The notes under the pieces are model-generated. The model saw only the letters and a list, made by a program, of their open reading frames with translations, did no database searches and had not been told where the DNA came from. Below, piece after piece: positions 18,089 through 25,831 of a DNA stretch of 26,068 nucleotides. Position 1 is the first letter of the stretch. Each line of letters starts with the position of its first letter. The stretch is from a virus (taxonomy: Duplodnaviria > Caudoviricetes), in IMG/VR virus record IMGVR_UViG_3300022922_000066, positions 1 to 26,068 of that record. The stretch is one strand, 5' to 3'. The position numbers and the translations under genes were made by a program.

Positions 18089-18089
18089 A

Positions 18090-18806
18090 CTATACTCCTG
18101 GCGCCGGCATCATTGTTGGACCAGCGTTTCTGTCTGAATTTGGGTCAAGTATTATATCTGCGGAACCGCCGGTTCCAACGCTATTTAAAAATAATTGAAA
18201 ATGCGTACCCGCTCTTTGTTGGTTTCCTGCATACTCAGCGTCTTTTAAATAAGCTCTATATAACACAAAATTTAAAATAGCATTTCCATAAGTATCTTCT
18301 ATATCAATAGTGCTAGAAACAGAACTTAGATCAGTGGGTAATTTTGAGTATATTAGTTCAATATAAGCACTAGAGCCCGAAGCTACTCCCGGATATACAT
18401 AAAACTTTTTAGGATCATCAGCGTCAAAAATATAATTTTTAATGATTGAACCATGCGCTGAAGAACCCGCTACTGTTGGATCATGCCAATCTGGTTCAAT
18501 AGAGTTTAATAAGTCTTCTTCTACAATTCTAATTGCCTTAGAACCTGTCGCATCTGAAGCTGTCCCTGACATATTTCTAGTTATTTTAATAAGACGAAGT
18601 CCGCCGGAAGGCAACGTTTGTTCGGTTCCTGTTGACAACTGAACATTTAAATGTGTGGCAGTTGAGTCAGGTTTTATATTTGCAATCTCGCGTTGTGCAT
18701 CATTAATATAAATTAATAATTCTGCATCAGTCCAACGAACACCAGAGCTATCTTGTAAGGTAAGTCTAGCTCTATCAATAATATTAGTGCCCGTTAGTGT
18801 TCCCAT
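18090..18806 (-). CDS. Head-tail adaptor protein 1 (DUF6682-like, 238 aa)
   Basis: IIDRARLTLQD...RWTDAELLIYINDAQREI...FYVYP...AILNFVLYRAYLKDAE is typical of podovirus adaptor (tail tubular A-like) proteins. Confidence 0.75.
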   Translation of the reverse strand: MGTLTGTNIIDRARLTLQDSSGVRWTDAELLIYINDAQREIANIKPDSTATHLNVQLSTGTEQTLPSGGLRLIKITRNMSGTASDATGSKAIRIVEEDLLNSIEPDWHDPTVAGSSAHGSIIKNYIFDADDPKKFYVYPGVASGSSAYIELIYSKLPTDLSSVSSTIDIEDTYGNAILNFVLYRAYLKDAEYAGNQQRAGTHFQLFLNSVGTGGSADIILDPNSDRNAGPTMMPAPGV

Positions 18807-19060
18807 TATTTCTTAGTTGTTTTCTTCGCTGGTTTTTTAGCCGGCGCTTTTTTCGGTGTAGACTCTTCTACTTTAACCTCGCTAATTGATTCGCTTGGTT
18901 TTTGTTCTTTATTAAAATTAGGTTTAACTTCTGTACACCCTTCTTGTAAACAAAAAATTCCAATATCCATTCCAACTTCTTTTGGTACGCCAGCTTCCAA
19001 TCTGATTGATGCGCCCCAGGTGGTTGATATATACCTGTCTATGTCTGATACGATGATCAT
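18806..19060 (-). CDS. Small hypothetical protein with Lys-rich C-terminal tail (84 aa)
   Basis: AGGAG RBS at 19067-19071, TAATG coupling to the adaptor gene, and an ending of PKKAPAKKPAKKTTKK. Confidence 0.7.
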   Translation of the reverse strand: MIIVSDIDRYISTTWGASIRLEAGVPKEVGMDIGIFCLQEGCTEVKPNFNKEQKPSESISEVKVEESTPKKAPAKKPAKKTTKK

Positions 19061-19071
19061 AATTTACTCCT

Positions 19072-19101
19072 AAAAAAGGGGTGGCTCAAAATGAACCACC
19101 C
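19072..19101 (-). terminator. Rho-independent terminator after the major capsid gene
   Basis: Minus-strand RNA GGGUGGUUCA-UUU-UGAGCCACCC forms a 10-bp stem with one U-G pair, followed by CUUUUUU. It starts 12 nt after the capsid stop. Confidence 0.9.
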
Positions 19102-19113
19102 ACAAAAGCATAC

Positions 19114-20259
19114 TTAGTATGCAACATCCAATCTAATAACACCAAAGTCTTCAACGCCACCATTGTAGTCGCTGTTGTACTTAGGCTTCTTAAGACCGAA
19201 GATTTTGCCAATAGAGATACCGTTTTGGTTCCCGTAGTCGAAGGTGTCTTCAACAATTTCAGGAAGTCCAATATCTGCCATAGCAAGAGCTTGTGCTCCA
19301 CAGAATAAAGCAGCAGAACCGTTGATGTCAGCATCAGCGCCCCACTTATATCCAGCAGAACCGGCATTTGCAGATGTTCCAGTAAGAGCATTAGCAGTGT
19401 TAAACACATGTCTGAACTCATGGACCATAATGCCGTCAACCATCAAGCTTGAAGAACCTGAGAACAAGCTGTTGCTTGGTCCTCTGACTCCAGCATTTCT
19501 GACGTTAGCCAAGAAATCTGAATCAAGTTTAAGGTCAGCCATTACTTGTGGAGATACAAAAAGGTGATATACCTCTTCTCCACCAGCACCTCTTACGCCT
19601 CTGATATAGTTATCTTTAGCATAAGCTTTTAGAGCAACAATACATTCATAAGTAATGGTATCGGCTGCTTCTACAGCAGTTACGTCACCAGCTACTAAGC
19701 CTGAAGTTGCATCCCATCTTCTGTGTCTATTAGAAGTTGGTGCAGTTACATCACTTCCAAACGCAAGGTCGTTAAGATTTTGTCCTGAAGTCAAGACAGG
19801 TCTTAATGCACCACTGTTTTTAAGTGTGTAGTTAATACCAGAAAGCGATAAAAACGCTAATTGGTCAATACGATCAGCCATTGCATATGCAAGTGCGTCT
19901 CGTGAGTGCTCACGGAAATTAACAACTGATTTTTGATCAGCTAATCTACCCGCAAGTCTATTAGCAAATCTCAATTGATCAAGTTGTACAACGATGTCGT
20001 AGGCTCTTAAAGTCTCTTCATTTCCTTCGAGGGTGTTGTCTCCAACAATACCGTCACCAGTCATATCGGCAAGAAGTGTTATAACAGCTCTTGCTCCTTT
20101 TTCTGATTGGGTAAGTTCAGATATTCTCTGAACCATAGCGTTAGGTCCGCTACCCGCAAATTGGTTAATGAAGGACATGTTCCTAGCAACACGCCAAAAA
20201 TCACGCGACCAGATAGTAAGCTGTTCACTGGTCAGTGATGAAAAGTTTGTGTTAGCCAT
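19114..20259 (-). CDS. Major capsid protein (N4-gp56/DUF4043-like); probable start 20259 (381 aa)
   Basis: GGAGG at 20268-20272 lies 8 nt before the ATG at 20259 (MANTNF). Motifs GDNTLEGNEE, DQLRFA, LFCGAQALAMA, DYGNQNGISIGKIFGLKK and DFGVI. Sits after the scaffold and before a terminator. Confidence 0.9.
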   Translation of the reverse strand: MANTNFSSLTSEQLTIWSRDFWRVARNMSFINQFAGSGPNAMVQRISELTQSEKGARAVITLLADMTGDGIVGDNTLEGNEETLRAYDIVVQLDQLRFANRLAGRLADQKSVVNFREHSRDALAYAMADRIDQLAFLSLSGINYTLKNSGALRPVLTSGQNLNDLAFGSDVTAPTSNRHRRWDATSGLVAGDVTAVEAADTITYECIVALKAYAKDNYIRGVRGAGGEEVYHLFVSPQVMADLKLDSDFLANVRNAGVRGPSNSLFSGSSSLMVDGIMVHEFRHVFNTANALTGTSANAGSAGYKWGADADINGSAALFCGAQALAMADIGLPEIVEDTFDYGNQNGISIGKIFGLKKPKYNSDYNGGVEDFGVIRLDVAY

Positions 20260-20299
20260 GATGGCATCCTCCAAATTTAAGATTAAAGTTAAACTAACC

Positions 20300-20452
20300 A
20301 GTCGCTTTTCTGGGCCGACTATTTACCCGTATACCCTTTATCGTTGGGAAACGTTTTCGTGTTTTTACGGGCACGACCCCTGCCAGATTTACGCCATGGC
20401 AGGCGAAAACGTTGTTTTAGCAGAACGACCTGCGTCAAATATCGTTTTGACG
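20300..20452 (-). ncRNA. Candidate structured cis-regulatory RNA (capsid 5' leader)
   Basis: Several inverted repeats in the only long intergenic gap: 20433-39/20446-52, 20420-23/20430-33, 20350-59/20404-13, 20379-85/20397-403, 20358-61/20372-75, 20334-36/20346-48 and 20300-04/20316-20. Loop complementarities suggest pseudoknots. Confidence 0.6.
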
Positions 20453-20478
20453 GACGAATTACTTATATGTTATACCAA

Positions 20479-21531
20479 CTATATACCAAAGTCACCACGC
20501 ATTCTTCGCAAAGTTTCTTCTGGAAGCGCACTAAACTCATCGTCAGATAACGTATTTAAATTTATTTTTTTATCACCTTTAGCAGATTCCCCTTTCATTG
20601 TAGGTGGTTGCGACTCAGCAGCTTGTAGTTTTTTATTAATATTGGCTACTTTTTGCTTCTCAACAACTTGCTCATCTGCTTTTGGGGCTTGTTTTTCTGG
20701 TATAGGATTTAATAATTCTGGTTTTTTTGCTGCTAAAGTGTAATTAGTAGCTTTTTCTAGGGCATCTGGGCCTGTAAAACCTTGTACCATAAATGCATCA
20801 CGCAAATCTAACACTTCTTGAGTCAAATCAGCATCAAAATTAGCACTGTTTTCATCTAAAACAGGATATTGGGCTTGTATTTCGTTTGCTTTTTGCTGTA
20901 AAGCGGTCATTTCTTGACTTTGTTGCACTGTTTGGCCCATTTGTTGTTGTACTTCAAACATAAATTGGGCTTTTTCAGCATTTCTGATCTCATTTCTAAG
21001 TTCTACAGCTTTTTCTGCTTCGCCATTTAATACTAATTCCTGATATTCAGCTTCTTTAGTTGCAAAATCATACTCTGGGAGTTCTTTTGCGGCCTCTTGT
21101 TTTGCTTGGGTTGCCTCATCTAGTTGTTTTTGTAGTGCTTTTTGTTTTGCAAGCACTTCATCTAACCTAGATTTTGGCACCATAGGCGCTTTTGGTTGTT
21201 CTATTTCTTGGGAAACGTTTTCATCGCTTCCTTCAATTGGTTGAATATCTGGTTGTGCATCTGCTTCGCTGTTTTCATCCATTCCTTCTTCGCTAACAGC
21301 TTCTGGCTCTGCAGGTGCTTCTTCTTCCTCTGATGTTTCAGGTTCTTTTTCAGCAACTTCTTCTTCTGCAGAAGCGTCAGTTTCTTCCGTGACTTCTTCA
21401 TTATCAGATTCCTCTTCTTCTACTGTTTCAAAATTAAGGTCCACTTCAAACTTAGTGTCCTCCTGTTTAATGGGCTCACCTCCCGGCATAGCGTCCATAA
21501 TCATTTCATTGGTTTCTTCTTTTTTAGCCAT
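20479..21531 (-). CDS. Capsid scaffolding protein (350 aa)
   Basis: GGAGG RBS. Very acidic disordered N-terminus, MVPKSRLDEV followed by a coiled coil, and a short C-terminal helix-loop-helix (LSDDEFSALPEETLRRMRGD). Located between portal and capsid. Confidence 0.8.
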   Translation of the reverse strand: MAKKEETNEMIMDAMPGGEPIKQEDTKFEVDLNFETVEEEESDNEEVTEETDASAEEEVAEKEPETSEEEEAPAEPEAVSEEGMDENSEADAQPDIQPIEGSDENVSQEIEQPKAPMVPKSRLDEVLAKQKALQKQLDEATQAKQEAAKELPEYDFATKEAEYQELVLNGEAEKAVELRNEIRNAEKAQFMFEVQQQMGQTVQQSQEMTALQQKANEIQAQYPVLDENSANFDADLTQEVLDLRDAFMVQGFTGPDALEKATNYTLAAKKPELLNPIPEKQAPKADEQVVEKQKVANINKKLQAAESQPPTMKGESAKGDKKINLNTLSDDEFSALPEETLRRMRGDFGI

Positions 21532-21532
21532 T

Positions 21533-23641
21533 TTATCTACCTCCTTGGTTTGGTTTCATGGCGACTGATGCTAATTTAGCGGCAGCCTGGGTTTCTGTTT
21601 GACCTCTTCTCATGTCATTGGTCATCGACGACAATCTTTCACGTAAATCTAATTCTTCACGTTTCATTTCCAACTTACTCTGCAGTTCAGCTACTTTAAG
21701 CTGTGGGTCTGCTTCGGTTGATTGTGTTTTAGCTACGTTCAATGCTGTCTCAGATTGAAGTCTAGTTACTTCTGCTTCTAGTTTAGCAATTTCTAATTGC
21801 GTACTTCTAATCTGTGATTCCATTTGGAACTGTTGCAACTGTGCTTGCTCTGGAGTTGGAGGCGCTGTACCTTCAAGTTGTCTTATTCGATCTGCTACCA
21901 TAGCTTTCTTCGCAAGATGCGAGTATTCAACAATTAAATCATTTGGCACAGGCACGCCTGCTTTTCTAAGTTCAATAGCTTCTGCAAACTGAACTTCATC
22001 AAAATTATCTCTTGCTGGAGCATCACTAATAACTACGTCATATTCACCTAAGGTTAAATCATTAATAATCCTACCTTCTGGTGTCATTTGGTTTACAACC
22101 AGTGGGACCCTTTGTTTGTAAGGATCAGCTTCGTCTGTAATTTGAATGATACGTTCTTCTGTATAATAACTTTGTACTAAGTTTAGTATTTTTTCTGCTA
22201 AATAGTGTCGTGTTTTCTTTAGGTTATCTAAAGGTACTTGAATCATTAAAACACCGCGGTTCTGTTTTGCTTGAATTGCAATACCAGAAACCTCTGGACT
22301 ATCTGTCCCCAACATGGCATCAGAAATACCACTTATTGTTTTAATATTTGCTGCCGCTTTTTGGCTTATACGATCCAGACCGGTGGGAATCTGGTTTGGG
22401 GGGATCTTACTTGGGGGAGTAGAGCCTCGATTAAACTCGAGGACTAAACCAGTTTCCGCACCGTGTTCTTCTAAATCATCTGCTGTCATTCCTGTAAGGG
22501 AACCTGACTCAACTACCCAACCACTGTTTGCGGTTGTATTTACAATGTGTAGTTCTTGAGATGAAATTTTGTTTAGTTGTTCTTGTGGTGAAATTAAATT
22601 TCTAACCATACCAAAAGGTTTACCTCTTCTCCAATATGGAAAATAAGGAACCAATGTAAATGAATTATAAGGAGACCAATCATCAAACAAAACAACAGTA
22701 TCAGCTGTTACAGTCCAACGTACTTTTTTAACGGTTTTAGTGACTATGTATAAACCAAAGTCATCAGCAAATTTTTCTCTTTTGCGTTTACTCCAGTCAT
22801 AAGGTACTTCTCTTTGGTCTCCAGTAACTGGGTCGGTGTAGAACATACACTCTTTTAGTTTATAGTGTTGTCTCTCTACAACTCTAATTGATCTTACAGC
22901 TCTTGCTTCTTCTGGGTTATTTGGGTAATCACTTGCGTATTCACCGCTGTAAGTATCTCCGTATCGTTCTTCTTCATATTCAATTGAATCTGAACCTAAG
23001 GTTGATCCTACTTCTGCTATGATTCTTAATTTATCTGCTTTCTCTTGCCCATAGATTTCTTCTATATCATCTATGCTCATCCACTTTGTTTCAAAGATTT
23101 CATTCCAAGTTTTTGGATCATACTCTTTTGCATCTGGATCAATAATGATATCGAGCGGATCTTTTTGAGTAATTCGCACTTCGCCATGAATGTGGTCTGA
23201 AAAATCTATACGAACATCAAACCACCCTCTGTCTTGAATTAAACCATCAGAAAAAACTTGTGATTCTATCCAATCGAGTTTGTTGTTATCAGAAATCTGC
23301 ATGTACAACTTTGTTAGTGTCTCTGCAACTTCTTGCATACCAGCACCACGCGGTTTAAATTCTACATCTGCTCTTCGTGTACTTTGTTCACCAATAACAG
23401 TATTAACTGTTGGTAAAATTGTGTTGATTGTTAAGGCGGGTCTACCTTGGTCATCTAACGCAGCAATATCTGCTTCATCCCATTGTTCACCGCGATAAAA
23501 ATTATCACATTGTTTTGCTATTTCAATATAATCAGTGTGACCGTTGTCCCTGGCTCGTGTATAAGATTCCCATTGCCGACGGGCAATGTTTAGCTCTTCT
23601 GCTGCGTCCAGTTTCTTTTTAGGTTTTTTATACTCTGCCAT
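21533..23641 (-). CDS. Portal protein, P22 gp1-like (702 aa)
   Basis: FYRGEQW...GRPALTINTI, DGLIQDRGW, FGMVRNLISPQEQLNK, SGISDAMLG...SGIAIQAKQ, and a long C-terminal coiled-coil barrel. Directly after terL. Confidence 0.9.
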   Translation of the reverse strand: MAEYKKPKKKLDAAEELNIARRQWESYTRARDNGHTDYIEIAKQCDNFYRGEQWDEADIAALDDQGRPALTINTILPTVNTVIGEQSTRRADVEFKPRGAGMQEVAETLTKLYMQISDNNKLDWIESQVFSDGLIQDRGWFDVRIDFSDHIHGEVRITQKDPLDIIIDPDAKEYDPKTWNEIFETKWMSIDDIEEIYGQEKADKLRIIAEVGSTLGSDSIEYEEERYGDTYSGEYASDYPNNPEEARAVRSIRVVERQHYKLKECMFYTDPVTGDQREVPYDWSKRKREKFADDFGLYIVTKTVKKVRWTVTADTVVLFDDWSPYNSFTLVPYFPYWRRGKPFGMVRNLISPQEQLNKISSQELHIVNTTANSGWVVESGSLTGMTADDLEEHGAETGLVLEFNRGSTPPSKIPPNQIPTGLDRISQKAAANIKTISGISDAMLGTDSPEVSGIAIQAKQNRGVLMIQVPLDNLKKTRHYLAEKILNLVQSYYTEERIIQITDEADPYKQRVPLVVNQMTPEGRIINDLTLGEYDVVISDAPARDNFDEVQFAEAIELRKAGVPVPNDLIVEYSHLAKKAMVADRIRQLEGTAPPTPEQAQLQQFQMESQIRSTQLEIAKLEAEVTRLQSETALNVAKTQSTEADPQLKVAELQSKLEMKREELDLRERLSSMTNDMRRGQTETQAAAKLASVAMKPNQGGR

Positions 23642-25287
23642 TAAGCACTCATCGATGATTTATGTTTCTCGCCTTTAGTTAAATGTTTTAACTTATCTCT
23701 CCAAGATGGAACATGCTCCGGTCTTTCGTAGAAGGTAGCAAATTCTGTCATCATTAAACCTATCCATGCCAATGCATCGACTTGGTCATCATGGGCTCCA
23801 TTTGGAAAACGTAAAAGTTCTGCAACCATGGTTCCAGTCCAAACAGCGTCCTTTGGAAAGTATACCATACCTTGTTGCATTCTACCTTGAATTGCGCGTG
23901 CTCTTGCTTCTTTATCTCTACGACCTACTTTTAGGTCTTTAAAGTAAGCTTCGCTTAATCCCCGTTCTCTAGTACGTTTCTGCAAAAAGGGCCCCAAGGC
24001 CATTTCAATATGACCTCGTTCTATGCCTACTATACCCGGGCGCCAAGTTTCGTACAAGTCTAAAATTTGTTCTACTAATTCAAACCCATCATATTTTCCG
24101 CGAACGACATCAACAACAAATAAATTATCATATTCATCGACCCCGACAACAATACCAACTGAATAATCGTTCCGGTCACGTTGTCCAATCGCAAGGTCCC
24201 ACGCGCAATAGTAATTAAGCTGTGCATATTCAATATCTTCATCCTCATAATAACGAATCATGTCTCGGCTAAAATAATCGCCTTCGTCGGATACTGGATT
24301 CTGTTGATACAGAGCAGACCAATCTCGGGGACCGATGGCTTTCCTTATCTGCTCGAGCGCGTCCACATTATAACGCTCTGGATGTAAACTTTCACCATAT
24401 TTTCTAAAAGTTTCATCAGTTTCTGCAATGGCTGGGTATTTAATTACTTCCCATTGGTCAGCACCTTCTTCTGCTTGTTTTAATAATCGACCAGCTAAAT
24501 CATCGTCGTGCCATCTTGTGAGAATCACAAGTATTCCACCCCCTGGTGATAAACGTGTATAAGCAGTTGATGTATACCAATCCCAGGTCGCATCGCGGTT
24601 GTTATCTGATTCTGCATCTTCGCGGTTTTTTACCGGATCATCGATGACCATTACGTGTGCACCTTTACCAGTAATACCCCCACCAACACCCGCTGCAACA
24701 TAACCACCACCTTGGGTCGTTTGCCACGATTCAATTGACTGAGAATCTTTATCCAGTCTAGCTTTTTCAAATACATTTTTATATACTGGTTCTCTAAGGA
24801 GTTGACGAACTTTTCTTGAAAAATTCATTGCAAGAGAACCTGAATACGAACAACTTATGAACTCGTGATTAGGATGTCGACCCAAGTGCCACGCAGGAAA
24901 TGCAACACTGGCTAAAGTAGATTTACCGTGTCGCGGTGGCATAAAGAGCATCAACCTTGGTGATTCTTTATTTGCTACTTGCTCACTAAATTTTTCTAAC
25001 CTTTGACAGATATCTTTGTGTACCCAGCCGGCTAAATAATCTGGATTAAAACGTTCAACAAATGGGAGTAACCTTTTACGTGCTAAGATTCTTTTTGCTA
25101 GTTCTTGTTCCGCTTTTACTTGTGCGGATAAGTCTTCTTGTTTCGCTTGAGCCGGTTCAGACTTCAACTGGGGCTCGGGAACTTTTTCAGCCTCGTCCGC
25201 CCTACAGTAAACACATATGTCATCTAACAATATAAGGGTTTCATGATATAACCCTTTACATCTTTGGCATTCAATCTTTTGTGTCAT
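23641..25287 (-). CDS. terL: Terminase large subunit (548 aa)
   Basis: Walker A MPPRHGKS, GVGGGITGKGA, Walker B VMVIDDPVK, motif III LTRWHDDDL, and RNase H-like nuclease residues WDLA and HDDQVDA. Confidence 0.95.
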   Translation of the reverse strand: MTQKIECQRCKGLYHETLILLDDICVYCRADEAEKVPEPQLKSEPAQAKQEDLSAQVKAEQELAKRILARKRLLPFVERFNPDYLAGWVHKDICQRLEKFSEQVANKESPRLMLFMPPRHGKSTLASVAFPAWHLGRHPNHEFISCSYSGSLAMNFSRKVRQLLREPVYKNVFEKARLDKDSQSIESWQTTQGGGYVAAGVGGGITGKGAHVMVIDDPVKNREDAESDNNRDATWDWYTSTAYTRLSPGGGILVILTRWHDDDLAGRLLKQAEEGADQWEVIKYPAIAETDETFRKYGESLHPERYNVDALEQIRKAIGPRDWSALYQQNPVSDEGDYFSRDMIRYYEDEDIEYAQLNYYCAWDLAIGQRDRNDYSVGIVVGVDEYDNLFVVDVVRGKYDGFELVEQILDLYETWRPGIVGIERGHIEMALGPFLQKRTRERGLSEAYFKDLKVGRRDKEARARAIQGRMQQGMVYFPKDAVWTGTMVAELLRFPNGAHDDQVDALAWIGLMMTEFATFYERPEHVPSWRDKLKHLTKGEKHKSSMSA

Positions 25288-25792
25288 TAGCTGGCTCTAA
25301 ATATTTTGTATCCGCCCCTGCAATTCTTAGCAACTCTGCATCGGACAATCTTTCCAACTGTTCTACTTTATCCACATTAATATTTATTTGCGTTGCGTTC
25401 TCAGGCATAAATAGACCGTGGAGCTTGCACAACGAATCGACAACATTTTTTTCTTCAGTCGCGGTCGCCGATTTACGGTGCGCTTCTAAATACATTCCCG
25501 TTGCTGTGTTTCTATCAAACTTAACTTCTTCACGCATTTCATTACGTAAATAGGCCAGAGCTTTTTGTAATTTTTCTGTTTTAAATAAAGAGTAAACACG
25601 GTCCACATCTCTATAGCCCGCAGCTCTTCCAGCGGCAGCTTTTGTCATACCGCGTAAATGAAATAACACCAACCTTTCTTCTTGAACAGAAAGCTCGTTT
25701 AAGTGTAATCCGGCATAAGGTAGGTGGGATTGAAACTCCGCTCTATCCTGTTCGGTTATTTCTGTAGGTCTGTCTTCGTCTAATAAACGCAT
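25271..25792 (-). CDS. terS: Terminase small subunit (173 aa)
   Basis: HTH-like LSVQEERLV...GMTKAAAGRAAGY, oligomerisation helices ending LCKLHGLF, and C-terminal LERLSDAELL. Overlaps the terL start by 17 nt. Confidence 0.75.
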   Translation of the reverse strand: MRLLDEDRPTEITEQDRAEFQSHLPYAGLHLNELSVQEERLVLFHLRGMTKAAAGRAAGYRDVDRVYSLFKTEKLQKALAYLRNEMREEVKFDRNTATGMYLEAHRKSATATEEKNVVDSLCKLHGLFMPENATQININVDKVEQLERLSDAELLRIAGADTKYLEPANDTKD

Positions 25793-25801
25793 GTAAATGG
25801 A

Positions 25802-25831
25802 ATTATATTAGTATTCTTCTCTATTTGTCAC
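25802..25831 (-). promoter_or_regulatory. Candidate sigma70-type promoter for the morphogenesis operon
   Basis: GTGACA (25831-25826), an 18-nt spacer, then TATAAT (25807-25802), ending 9 nt before the terS ATG. Confidence 0.55.

Noticed and set aside
19086-19439. Alternative-frame ORF over the capsid 3' end, suggesting a T7 10A/10B-style frameshift
   Set aside because: It extends only 28 nt past the capsid stop, ends inside the terminator, and no convincing slippery site is seen.
20260-20274. Track start of the capsid at 20274 (MEDAIM...)
   Set aside because: That TTG overlaps the GGAGG RBS. The ATG at 20259 is correctly spaced from it.
20300-20452. tRNA, hammerhead ribozyme or CRISPR array in the intergenic gap
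   Set aside because: No T-loop or cloverleaf, no CUGAnGA hammerhead core, and no regularly spaced direct repeats.
20461-20490. Possible promoter from the duplicated TTGGTATA at the scaffold 3' end
   Set aside because: Several weak -10-like hexamers are present, but no properly spaced -35. It cannot be supported without TSS data.
20168-20743. 191-aa plus-strand ORF (and a 68-aa ORF at 20344-20550) crossing the structured intergenic region
   Set aside because: Antisense to the scaffold and capsid genes with no protein-like features. The stems explain the gap better.
14644-21401. Nested same-strand ORFs at 14644-14832 and 21201-21401
   Set aside because: They are short out-of-frame by-products of A-rich or Glu-rich coding sequence with no independent support.
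1299-25553. Numerous plus-strand ORFs of 63-175 aa in the ORF track
   Set aside because: They lie antisense to well-supported genes, mostly in the codon-mirrored frame, and have no recognisable motifs. They are shadow ORFs.
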